A DNA stretch of 62,469 nucleotides, filler included, from Sphacelaria rigidula (taxonomy: Eukaryota): assembly GCA_964200075.2 (NCBI GenBank). It is 10 parts of 10 records of this genome, joined end to end, with 100 filler letters (N's around TTAATTAATTAA, not from the genome) between each part and the next. Parts side by side here need not be neighbours in the genome. Positions count along the whole stretch, not along the records: positions 6,258 to 12,414 come from CAXNAA020021879.1; positions 12,515 to 18,671 come from CAXNAA020021880.1; positions 18,772 to 24,928 come from CAXNAA020021881.1; 7 more parts are not named here. The stretch is one strand, 5' to 3'. The translations under genes were made by a program, and so were the position numbers. Of the stretch, positions 11,947 to 23,556 are shown piece after piece. Position 1 is the first letter of the stretch. Each line of letters begins with the position of its first letter. The notes under the pieces are model-generated. The model worked only from the letters and a program-made list of their open reading frames with translations. It was not told the origin of the DNA and ran no database searches.

Positions 11947-12514
11947 GAGGGGGCGGGGAAGGGTTACAGTATTCGGATTTGAAGAAGAACGTTACTTCGG
12001 GGAGGAGGCAGGAGTGGTGGGGCATGCGCGGGTGTGAGCACGAATGCGTTGGTGGGTCGGTGGGGGGGGTGGGTGTGTATCGCAATACTAGGGGGTGTTT
12101 GTGTTCGAGGGCTTGTTTTCATGTCATACCTCAACATATCGATGCCGATGTAGACTTTGACAAACGTGAGGTGATTTACGCGGTCACCATGGTGATCAAA
12201 GCGCATTTGGACAAGACGGCGTGTGTGCGGGTGACTTTTCGATTCTTCTGGGAAGACTCCGTGTGTGTTAACCTGTTTCTATCCATACATTTCGAGTCAG
12301 GTGAAGCCATTGGTTTTTTTTTCTTGCCCGGGTTTTGTTTGTTTTCTTTTCCCATTGACCTCCCGTTGTGAAAAAGGACCCCCCCCCCCGTTTTTTTTTT
12401 CTTCTAAAAATAAANNNNNNNNNNNNNNNNNNNNNNNNNNNNNNNNNNNNNNNNNNNNTTAATTAATTAANNNNNNNNNNNNNNNNNNNNNNNNNNNNNN
12501 NNNNNNNNNNNNNN

Positions 12515-12675
12515 TTTGTGTGACGTGAGTTGATGCGGTGCGGGAGTGCTGATCCAATCCGCGAGGTCAAAATGAAAGGCACGTACCGGCGGAGAGATGG
12601 GTTGATCCCTTGATACCACGGACTCATCCCGAGAAAGGGGAGGGGTTCAAAGTATGAGGAAAAAAAGAAAGAAAG
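12515..12675 (+). mobile_element. 3' half of tRNA-derived SINE (contig edge)
   Basis: Matches the body of the 5215-5560 copy and the tail at 56314 (ggactcatcccgag..ggggagggg.tcaaagt); A-rich end. Confidence 0.7.
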
Positions 12676-14370
12676 GTCACAACCCTACACATCACGGTGC
12701 TATTTCCGTCCTTGGGTCCGAGCATGCCGCTGATTGGCGCATACGCTGTCTGTGTAGTCTTGAACTAGAGTGCCAAGTTGAAGATCTGATGGTGGAGCCG
12801 CGGGTGGACATTTGCACCACCATTTTTTTTGTCAAAAAGTGCGAAGCGGCAGTACTGAACGGGCGCAAGATACAGCGCGGCCGGTTACGCTGCACATCCC
12901 ACGAACGGAAACTAATGGTGTCCTGTGTTCGTCTCTTCAGCAGTGCGATTCCGGTTGAGAAAAGAAGTGCATAAGGGCCCGCAGGTGCGGGTTAGATTTG
13001 ACGACCCTCCCGTGCCGCTTCATTTTATGGTGTCGACAGCAATGCTCGATGCAAAAAGGGATAGGGCGCAGACGCCACATGGGGGGTGTGCGTACACCTT
13101 CACACCCTCGTGGCCGCCAGGAAACTGAAGGTCGACGACGGTCTATATTTGCCAACATGTGGTACTTTTTGTGAGATTTTCACGCGCTTCATTTTCCCGA
13201 AAATGACGCGCGTGAAAAGTTAACCCAAGACTTATTCTTGTACACCAGTAACAAATCGACGGCAGCTGCCGTGTGGGTAGCCCGTGGCGCTCGCCAGCGA
13301 TGGAACATCTCCGAAGCAGCAGGACGTACACCTCTACCAAAATCTCCTCAAAGGGCCGTAAGTTTAGTTTGCACACTTCCGCTTGCTCAGCGCTGGCGAA
13401 GGTTCGCTGCAGAGCATATGTTGGTATGTGACAACGAGTCTTGCCCTGAAGTGACAGCTTCCCGATCATCATTTTCCCTCTGACGTGCCCCCGTGTAATT
13501 GCGTTCGGGAACAGGGTTATTGCGCAATATGCATCGTTCATAGCTACTCACGAGAATCGGGCGGGGCGATATGACCCACGCCCCCCCGCTCGCTTCCTTT
13601 ACCGCCCCCGTGTCGAATGCTGCAGTACGTGCCACGGGGGATATACTCACCTATCATCGCATGGCGTCCAAAGCTTGCTTAAATATTTCCCATGCTCCAA
13701 TCAAGGAGTGAAATCACATCGACTGCCGACCGCACGATTGACCATCCTTCGGCTTCACTCGATTGCCGTCGATTTTGCCGTCTGAGACACGAGGCATCCC
13801 AGAGGAAGAGCGCGCCCATGAAACCATGAACCACCAGCGTGGTCACTAGTACGGCAGCAAACGTGTAGTTGCGGAACTGAAAGTATGGCGTCATGAACCA
13901 TCGACATGTTATTCAATCTATCATGATTAAGTGCCAGTACAGATAGTTCTCCGTCATTCCCAGCGCTACTGGCCTCATACTTTGCCCCCGTCTTGGTGAG
14001 GGTACTCCCATCTGCTCGACACGAGGGCGGCACTTCCGGTCTATATCATGTTGTGTAGCCCTCATTCAATGCTTGCGTGTAGTTGGTCAACCGGCTCAAA
14101 AATTGTGCGGGAAATTGTTCCAAACATGCATCACCGTCCATGAGGATTATTCAACGGGCATGAAGGCTGCAATTTTGTTGTCATCACCGTACCATGGTAC
14201 TCTTGAGCCATTCATGACACTATTCACTCTACTTCTCCTTCGTACTCTGCATGGCTTTCCCCCCGAAATTCGCGCTGTATTTCCAGATATTTATTCATGA
14301 CAGTAGTTTTTCAAGCTGTTATTTTCTCCCCCCTTTTGGTGTGTTTCGCTTTCACAGCGTGGTTTCCTAG

Positions 14371-14935
14371 GCTAGAGACGGATGACCGCCACGTCGTGCA
14401 GGAGATGGAGGATGGGCTACAGAGAGAACTCGAGCGGTTACGGCATTATCCTTTCCCCAAGTTCGTCGGGGAACAGGTTCCGGATGAGGAGGTGAAGAAA
14501 GGTTTCTCGGTGGGTGGGGAGAGGGGCAGCGGTGGAGGATTTCGGCGGTGGATGGGAGAGACACTTTGTCGAAAACTACTTTCATGAAGAGGAGATGAGT
14601 GCATCGAACGTGAACACTTATCCCCCGCGATTAGTAATTGTATCGTTAGACAGCGATTATGTACTGCAGGGCATGGAATCCGTGGGTAATTCTTGCCGAA
14701 GCACGCGGCGATTTTTCCGGATGTGACCCTAGTCCATAACCCCATATGTGCGTGGCAGGACGAGGATCCCGTAGACGAGGACGATGACCAGGAGGAAAAG
14801 GCAAGGGAACCCCCAGATGCGGCGGGGGCTGGTGTGGTGGTATTAGACGTGGAGGATCATATTGGCGGAGATCATCAAGAAGAAACTGAGGAAGAAGGAG
14901 AATTGGAGGAAGACGCCGAAGAAATCATGAGTGAG
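14371..14935 (+). CDS. Two putative exons (14371-14491, 14759-14935) encoding an acidic peptide of unknown function
   Basis: ttcctag|G...GAG|gtgaag and tggcag|GAC...GAG|gtataa; phase-compatible, giving LETDDRHVVQEMEDGLQRELERLRHYPFPKFVGEQVPDEE-DEDPVDEDDD... Confidence 0.4.
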
Positions 14936-15759
14936 GTATAACCGCAGCACATCCACGACAGCAGGTTCTGCCTGTTGAAGATATTTGATCGAGAACGTAC
15001 CACATTCTATATGAATGGCCGTTGTACCAAGGTATTCTACACTTCAGGAACACCTGCCGATGCTTGAAAAGCTTGTTTTACACGCGCAAAAAAATCCCAC
15101 AACTTGCGGGGAAGTTGCGGTACACGTCCAGGACAACGGTCAACGATCACTGGGAATAGGAGACGGGTGACATCTGTTCTCGACATGCGTTCACGCCACC
15201 GTTTAGAGCCAATCGTTAGTAGGCATCAAATAGCAGTTTTCCCGTACCTAGTGGCAAGTGCGTACGCGCAGTGAAGAATTGATGTCTGCAAAATGTCAGG
15301 AGGTGGACACGTGCCGCCCTGTATTCCTCTCATTTTTTTAAATAATTTCCGTCGTATGCCGCATTCTACATGTGTACTGTGTATGGAATTGTACATATAC
15401 TCATGTTCAAGTTCATGTTTGATGGCGAGAAAAAGAGCTTTGCGGAACGTCATGGGTGCAGACGCGCAAAACAAGGGCGTTTGATACCTGCGCAATCCCG
15501 AGTTCATTTTTCATTTCGACCGAGAGTACTGTGTCTCGGAGAGCACGGGAACTTCATGTCCTGTCGCTGGCAACTTGTGAACACTAGTATATTCTGCTCG
15601 CATTCCCACAGTCGTATCAGGTGAAACAAGGGTGCAGCTACAGCTTCGTAGCTTTTAATACAAACCCTTCGTGGCAACGGCAGCGCTATCTGCACAGCGG
15701 CAGGAAGCTCGTCAGCGATCGCGATGAATGAAACTGACAACGGTCGGGTTGTTTTTTCT

Positions 15760-15975
15760 AAACTGGCGTATATGTTACAACGTTGGCGGAAGTCGCCCTG
15801 TAGTGGCAGGTATTTCCCAACGAGCGGAAAATTGGTCCCAAGCCGGCAGATATTTGCCCATGTTTCGGAAAGTCGTTCCGAGTAGGCAGATGTCTGATAT
15901 TAGGAAAAGTTTCTCAAAAGTGGCAGATATCCGACAGCGTTCGGGAGAGAGTTAGTCAAGTGGCAGATATTCGAC
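15760..15975 (+). repeat. Degenerate tandem array of (a)gtggcagatat motif, period ~39 bp
   Basis: ggcag(a/g)tat-like core recurs about six times; likely DNA-transposon subterminal repeats. Confidence 0.6.
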
Positions 15976-17974
15976 GTGTGCCAGGCACCCACGTCCTAGA
16001 GTGAAACATTGATATTTATTGGTTCTCTCCACATGTGAATTACGGTTTGGTGCTACTTGTACTATGATGGGTTTTCATGGTGTGACATGCTCATCGATTT
16101 CTCAGGCCCGTCCGTCATCATATTTGTTGCCGCAACAGTAGGGCGGTAAGGTGAGAAAGCGGCGTATCTCTCATTCATTGATGAAGTTTCCTTTTTCCTT
16201 TTGGTTACGGAGCCCGCGTGTTACTACTTATTTCGATTACAGCGTTTGAGCCAAACGGCACATTTTTTGTGCTCTCCGACCCCACGGGAGATCAGAGGCG
16301 AAACGAACCGCCAAATGGGAAAAATAATCTGTTTCATCGTCACTACGTGACCTGTTGGTATCGTTGGCGCACGGGGATACCAACGACAAGAAGTATTAAG
16401 ACGTTGAAGTGAGGCAGGTTGCCTTCCAGGAGGCTCGTTATCCCTCTGCCCTCTGTGGGGGTAGAGGGCACAGAAGTGGTTCCCTTCGTGCGCGTGATCT
16501 CTGGGAATGTCAGCAGTATACCCGCTCGGCAGCTGAAAATTGATTTCTAACATGTGTGCGAACACACGCCGGCACCTGTCGTCTCAAATCATCCCCAAAC
16601 TTGCCCAACGCACACACGGCCTTCATGCCATGGTGTTACGTTCTGCCTTCATATTATGGACATGGAAAGCTAGGCCCAAGGTTGATCCGAGGAGCGCATC
16701 ACTACAGTACGTGTAAACCATAACAACCGTCAGCAGAGCAGAGCAGAACAGAAGAAATTCTGAGCCAGGAAGAACAGAGAAACACACACTGTACAAGTAA
16801 GAAATGTTCGCACGCGATGGGCACGGTGGCTGAGATTGTGTTGAGCGTTTGGGCCATGTTCGCCCCCTCTCAAGAAAACGGTTCTGAACAGGCACCGCGT
16901 GCTTTACGCATCCGCTCTCCGATTTGATAGAATTCGCAACGAAGATCTAGCACGGTCGGACATGCCCCTTGCACCGACGAAAGTCACCCGCCCCGCTTGT
17001 ACGGGAAGATGGCTTACCGCGTTTACATCGAGGCAGCACGGGCACGCGGGTTACCAGGTTGATGGTATTTTGTGGAAATTATTTCAACATTTTGATGGAC
17101 GTTTATTATTCCCCGTATGTATGTCTTGTGTAGTTGTGGGTGTTAGACCCCAGGGTATTGAGATAACAAGAAGAGTAGGAAACCGCTCAACAAAAGAACC
17201 AAATGCACCAAAGATAGACGCAACTCTCGCGTTCAGGCAAGTCAGTCAGTGATCGGTCAGCCACATAGCCAGCCTTACACGACCGCTAGATGCCCTATGC
17301 TTGGCAATGATCGGAAGAGTGATGAACACGCAATGTGGACAATACTGCAATAGCCGTACGTAGCAGGCAGGGGTATACGGTTAAAGAAAATGAACAGTCA
17401 CTAGGAATATTCAGCGATGAACACAAAAAAAAAGCGGGAAAGGAGCACATGGCGTGCGAAAGGGACCGCTATAAGGGTACAGTATGGTGGACTGTCGCTT
17501 CTGGGCGTTCTTCAGTACGCCCACTTCTCGACCACCGATCCGTTTTACCTTGCACGCATCATGTGAATCTCCCACATTTTTCTAAAGTGAAATGCTGCTG
17601 GTTCAACAGATTGCCCACCCTGACGGTCTTCATGTTTCAAAACGGCCGCATCCGCGCTCTCTAGAGCCTACATGTTTCAGAATCACGTGAACAAAGACCA
17701 ACGTTTCTCCAGCATCGCAGCGCCGGCAGGCGGCGACGCTTCTCGTCTGCGACAAGATCATTGCGCAACTCTGGCAGAGGGAGCCGAATCCTCCGTCACC
17801 AAACGAGCGCGCATCCAACGACGCTAGTGCAGTGTTTGTGTGCGATTATGTGCAGCCCAAAGCATGGAATCTCCACGTGCCGTGGATGCTCTCACACCAC
17901 GTGTCTCGCAACGTTAGTGTCGTGTCCATGTTGATATTTTCTGTCATGCCTCTCATGCACGTACCAGTTCTTGG

Positions 17975-18200
17975 AGTGATCGATCGATTGTCGCACGTTT
18001 GATTGTCTGTTCAAATGAGGTGATCCCCTGAAGATCCAGCGGTGGCCACAACATAGACTCACCCCGAGGTAACTAAAAACGGAGACACTCCCTAAAAGGA
18101 AACTCGAAAAAGGGGGAAGACGAAGTAATCTGCAAACCTTTACACAGAAGAAACGAAAGAAACAAAGCAGGGAAAACAAAAGAAGTATGCCACACCGCAG
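17975..18200 (-). mobile_element. 3' end of (CAAT)n-tailed LINE-like element
   Basis: Reverse complement ends ...aacgtgcgacaatcgatcgatc, with the same upstream motifs as the plus-strand copies. Confidence 0.55.
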
Positions 18201-18494
18201 CTGATGCAGTTGCCCACACAACCTCAGAGTCCCGCTACTGCCAAACGTCGTTGTGGAATATAACGCGCAGTCCTACAGAGGCACAACCCTGAAACGGGGG
18301 ACTTCTCGGCCTCACTCTGACATAGGCACAACACTGTACCAGGCCAGCAGAAACCTCCTCGACCCAAATCCTTGCATAGTTACGGCCATATGACTCGAAG
18401 CACTGCCTAAGGCTGAAATATTCGAAACACGGCCGAGGGCCTACATCTTTCGAAACGATCTAATAATCATCCCACGAGGGAGGGGGAGGGCGGA

Positions 18495-18671
18495 GGGGTA
18501 CTCATGATCATGCATGCCATAGCCAATAGGACCATCGACCTGGCATCCCTACAAAGCCAGGACGGAGCACGCCGGGTTCTTGCCGGACCAGGCTCGCCCT
18601 CAATCATCAAGCGCGAAGCGTCGTGGTGTGTTTGGCGAGTCGCATGAAGGGTGAGCTGTATCCTGCTAAGA
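18495..18671 (-). mobile_element. Poly(C)-ended retroelement family, copy 4 (runs off contig)
   Basis: G-rich tract then tactcatgatcatgcatgccatagcc...gtatcctgctaag; colinear with copy 2. Confidence 0.8.
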
Positions 18672-18879
18672 NNNNNNNNNNNNNNNNNNNNNNNNNNNNN
18701 NNNNNNNNNNNNNNNTTAATTAATTAANNNNNNNNNNNNNNNNNNNNNNNNNNNNNNNNNNNNNNNNNNNNTTACCAAATCCTACCGTTGGTTCACCAGG
18801 CTTCCATGTCTCGCGCCTCACTCGTCCATCACTTCAGTGATTGATGATTGGTCCTTGGATTGTCCAGAAAAGACACAAG

Positions 18880-19144
18880 CAAGCGAGTCATTGCTCGTGA
18901 TGAAAAAATAGATGACTCGAGTAAACGAGCACACGAGTCATACTACGTGAAGAACTACATGACTCGAGCACGAGCACTCGAGTCATTGCTCCTTGTGGAA
19001 ACAAATATGTATAGGGCGAGCACTCGAGTCATTAATCGTTGTGGAAACAAATGAATAGGGCGAGCACACGAGCCATGCTCGTTGTGTTGGGGAAAAATAC
19101 CGACGAGTGCACTCGTCTAAACGAGTAATGACTCGTCCGACCTG
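18880..19144. repeat. Array of gactcgag/cgagtcat motifs ending in gactcgtccgacctg; probable DNA-transposon end
   Basis: About ten recurrences in both orientations, including a ~39-bp tandem duplication. Confidence 0.55.
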
Positions 19145-19289
19145 TGTAATTTTGCGTTTTCGAATGTTGAGTTGTCGACTGTTGTTGTGTAGACGTTTTC
19201 GTTGAGTCAGACCTTGGCGTACGTCGTCCTGTACACTCGGTGTTGAACATCGAAGGCCGCACAGATGACGGGACTTTTGACGGCCAAAA

Positions 19290-19500
19290 TCATCGTTCAG
19301 GGGCCATTCAGTATTTGTTTTCTACGTTTTTGTCTACTATGTCGTTTTGTTCGATCGTTTTCTGTTCCTTCTTTTCTTGAGCGAGTGTTTCAGTTTTGCT
19401 TTCCTTGGGTACGTCTATCATGCGCCCACGGCTGGACCCATGGGTGGTCGGTTCAAGTGCGACAATCAGTCAATCAATCAATCAATCAATCAATCAAATC
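19290..19500 (+). mobile_element. 3' end of LINE-like element with (CAAT)n tail
   Basis: ...gagcgagtgtttc...cacggctgga...ttcaagtgcgacaatcagtcaatcaatcaatcaatcaatcaatcaaatc. Confidence 0.7.
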
Positions 19501-20175
19501 AGTAGATTTTTACTGCAGAAATCGAGTTAAAATCTTGCCGGGCTTCAGATGTTTTCCCGTGGGCTTTCCGTGCACGTGTTTCCTTGATTGTTTCCACTCA
19601 TGCCCTTATCCATATTTCGTTGTGATACAATTAACTTTCCTCCAGAACCAGTAATGCGCATGCACTCTCTCGCGCAGATATACTCACGCAATCGCTGCAC
19701 ACAGCACGATCGAAAAACTGCGCTGTAGATTTACTGTTTTGTGTTGTTCGTTGTTCTCGGGGTACGTTGGGTTTCGCCATGATGTGTGGAGAGGAGATCC
19801 GGAAATGCAGCACGCGGCCAATAATTTTTCATTGCGAAGTTCCCGGTATTATATTTCCCAGTTCTCCTTGCGAAGAAAGGCACAAAGCTGCGGCAAGTGG
19901 GAAAGAAGAACGTGTAGCACGCTATTTTCATGGTCGCAGTTATCAAGTCGCATCGACTACTGTACACGTGGCTTGTGTTTTTTCCTTTTTTTTTTCTCCC
20001 GATGCCGACATACTAATGAAATAACAATTTGTAGGACTGCGTTGTAGAATATGTTTTTCATAGTCATCTCGTTTTTTTTTTGGCAACAGCATGATGAAAC
20101 ACACGGCCGCTGCTCTGTGGTTTGCTTAAAAAAACGTGACCAACATCACGACCAAACGACACAAAAAAACAACAG

Positions 20176-23100
20176 GAAAACGCTATACTGCTCGCAGCAC
20201 GCGCCAGACAACATGGTGAACATCGTGAACGTCAAGAGATGCAAGGAAGAAAATTGCGAGAAACACCCCACCTACGGCGTGGAGGGCACGACGCGTGCGG
20301 AGTACTGCCTGAAGCACGCCAAGCCGGGTATGGTCAACATGAAGGACAGACGCTGCGCGGGCGAAAACTGCAAGCGACAGCCGAGCTTCGCCGCGCCCGG
20401 GGCCAAACAAGGCATCTTCTGCATGCAGCACGCGGAGGAGGGAATGATTAACGTCATCCGGCGCCCGTGTGCGGGCGACAAGGAATGCCGCAGGGTCCCG
20501 TTCTTTAACGTCAAGGGCAGCAAATCGGCGCTGTACTGCTCCACGCATGCGCTTGCCGGCATGGTGGACGTAAAAACCAAACGGTGTCTCAGCAAGGGCT
20601 GCCGCAAGCCCCCGTGCTACGGCCACCGGGAAGACACGGACGCGAGGGCGGAGGGCGTTGACAACGCTAGGAAAGCAACGGGCGGCGCCATGTACTGCGC
20701 CGACCACGCGGAAAAGTCTATGGTGCGCATCACCAAGGGCAATTCTTGCGAGGCCGACTTGTGCAATAAGATTCCCCTGTACGGCAAGAAAGGTACGACC
20801 CGCGCGCTATTCTGCTCAGACCACCGCGATCGCGAGCCGGATCTAGAGAACGTCCGCAGCAAACCTCGCTGCACCCGCTCTGGGTGCGACAATCGCCCGG
20901 CTTTCGGGTTCCCCGTGGTTCCCGGGAAGGGGCGGGAGGGCCAGCGGGGTGCTGTTGTCTGTCGGGACCACGCGGAGGATGGCATGGTGGACCTGGAGAC
21001 CAATAAAAAAGTCGTTGCTGATGGAGTGGTGCAGGTGGCGGCAACGGTGCAGAAGAGCCAGACGCAGAAGAAGCCAGCACCTAAGCAGCAGCGGAAGCGG
21101 CGGGTGAAACCGACGACTGCTGAGGCGGGGAGCGCGGCGGCGACTTCTGGGCCTGTTCGTGGGTCCAGCGGACCCCGCCGCGGGCTTTATCGCGCCGTGC
21201 GGGGACGACGCCCTGAGGAAGCTGGATGTGGGGGTGACGGGGGTGAGAGTGCCAATGCAGATATTATTGCGGGTGCCGGTGGCACTAAGTCGGCCGCGCG
21301 GGGGTGGCGAGGGGGGTCACCGGAGTCAGACGCAGGGAGTGAATATGGTGGACCATCTTCTGGAGTCGTGCGACGGCCAGCGAACGCGGAGCAGGCCGTA
21401 GGGATACAGGCAATCGGATCACAGGCAGGGGTGGCAGCAACAGCGGCTGTAGCGGGAATGCAGGCGGTAGGAATCACAAGTGACTGTCAGCAGCCGGGCA
21501 TACCTGCAGTGCAAGGCGCTGCAGTGGGGATCACATCCGACTGGCGGCCGGGATCGGCATGGGCAGGTGGAGTGTCCAGCAGCGGCCCGAGTACGGTCAA
21601 AAGCAGCGACCGAAGCAGTCGTTCTGGTCACCAGGGCTTCGACGCTCAAGGGAGCGAGATTTCCAGTCGCCGGGTGCATGGCTCCGCTGCGCAAACAAAA
21701 CCGGTTGCACCACGATCTTCATCAACACCGCCGCCACTTGAGGTATCCGCCCAACAATCGAACATCGATGCGACCGGGACTGGTTCTGTTCTTCCCGCTC
21801 CGGAAGCACCGCCGTCACCGGTGGCTACGGCGGCGGCTGCAGCAGCAATGCTGTCGAGCCTCAAAGGAACCCAAAGCGGCGCTACAAATGGCACTGCTGC
21901 TGCTGCTCCTGCGGCTGCTCCTGCTGTTTTTGCACGCAAGGCTGGGAATGAAGACGATAGCGCCCGTGAATCAGGGACGGCAGCAACAAGCAGAGTGAGC
22001 AAGCAGCAGCAAGAGGAAAAGGGCGAGAAGAAGGGGTCAGAGGAGGAAAATCAACTCGACGTCGGTGGCGCGGAGGAAGGTCTAGGCGTTGCGGAGATCA
22101 GAAAGGAATTAGGTATCGATGAAAATTGCACTTCCGTGGACGCCGATGGCCGCGAAGACGCCAACGACATTTGCGACGGCCACCCTGAATCGCGCTCGTC
22201 GTACCGCACCGCCGTAGAAGCGGAAGAAGAGGCTGCCAGCGAGATCGACGTTGGTGACGATGACAACGTGGTGACGGCGGCCCCTCTCGACGTACCGGCC
22301 GTTGCTGCCAGCAGTTGCTCTCCTTCCGTCCAATTGGATCCGCCGACGAGGGACGGGAATGGGGTCGGTGACGTCTTACCGGATGCAGTCGCCTCTGGTC
22401 GTGCTGTGCCGGCAGTAGCAGGCGACGCCGCCACTAGTAGTATAGTCGACAAAATTCCCCCGCTGACTGATGCCGGCAACGACAGCTTGGTGCCTGCTAT
22501 CTCGTCGTTGCTTTCTGGTGTTGCAGACTCTCTCCGGACCCCGGCCCCGGCACCCACCCCGGTACCGGCACCGGCGGCCCCCCCCATTGCACCTCCATTA
22601 TTACAGGATGCAGCCCAGACTTCCGCTGCAGTCGAAACTTCCTTCACAACCGCTGGCCCTCCTCTTGTCGGAATTCGTTCAACTTCAGCGCTGGTGCCGC
22701 TTCCCCTTACCCAGTGTGGCACGGTGCCTGCACCCGTATCTGCACCTGCGCCTCCACCGGCCTCAGTTTCGCAAGCCGAATCTTGCGGGTTGCCGGCAGT
22801 AGCGCCAGTGACGGCAACAAGCCATTCAGCAGCAACGCTCGACTCCCTGCCGCCGACGGGAGACCCTGCTTCTGCTGACGAGCGACATTCGGCATCCGTA
22901 TCTGCATATCCGTCGGCAGAAGGCCGTTCTACTGCGGACAGTCTAGTGGTACGGCCGCGGGCGTTACCGTCGATACCGCAGCCAGCGTCGGGGCCGACCC
23001 AGGCAGCAGGACCTCCTCTGGCGTCCCAACCCGGGCCACCGTTGGTACCGGGACTTCATGCCGCAAATTCTGCGGAGGCGGCGGCCGCGGCGGCGGGTGG

Positions 23101-23275
23101 CCGAGCGGCGACGGGGGTGGCAGCCCCTCCGCTACCTCCGGTGGCGTTTCGACGTCCCCTGCTGCCGGGATTCCGGCAACATGGCAGCGACAATAAGAGG
23201 GTCGGAGACAGCCAAAACGATGATGACGGTCAGCACAGGCCGTCCAAGCGATTGAAGACGGATGAAGACGGATGA
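20176..23275 (+). CDS. EsV-1-7 cysteine-rich repeat protein (large terminal exon): six full and one half C-x4/5-C...C-x2-H repeats, then ~750-aa low-complexity tail
   Basis: Repeats such as RCKEENCEKHPTYGVEGTTRAEYCLKHAKPGMVN match the EsV-1-7 consensus. Open frame 20051-23275; probable acceptor aacaacag|G at 20175/20176; basic NLS-like KQQRKRRVK and RPSKRLK. Confidence 0.9.
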
Positions 23276-23383
23276 AGGCGGCTCCTCTGCGCCGCCTGGC
23301 GATGAACACGGGTCTCTCGTCAAATGTCACACTCCTACGAACAAGGCGGTCGCTCCGAAGACGAGGAGCTTTTAGGTTGGGTT

Positions 23384-23556
23384 GGGGGGCGGGGGGGGCG
23401 GGGGGGGGGGGGTGTACTCATGATCTTGCATGCCGTAGTCATATGACCGTTTTGACCTCGTATCCTTACAAAGCCGGGACGGAGTACGCCGGGTTTTGGG
23501 CTTTCGCCGGACCAGGCTCGCCATTACCAAACGCGAAGCGCCGTGATGTGTTCGGC
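23384..23556 (-). mobile_element. Poly(C)-ended retroelement family, copy 5 (5'-truncated), just 3' of the EsV-1-7 stop codon
   Basis: Long G tract then tgtactcatgatcttgcatgccgtagtc...gatgtgttcggc, followed by G/T-rich flank resembling the left flank. Confidence 0.8.

Noticed and set aside
18880..19144. CRISPR-like array
   Set aside because: Eukaryotic context; degenerate short motifs in both orientations; no unique spacers and no cas genes.
19779..19850. MMCGEEIRKCSTRP... as first exon of the EsV-1-7 gene
   Set aside because: The nearby GT donor gives phase 1, while the acceptor at 20176 needs phase 2.
20051..23275. Endogenous phaeovirus insertion
   Set aside because: No other viral genes; probable intron and host-type repeats on both sides.
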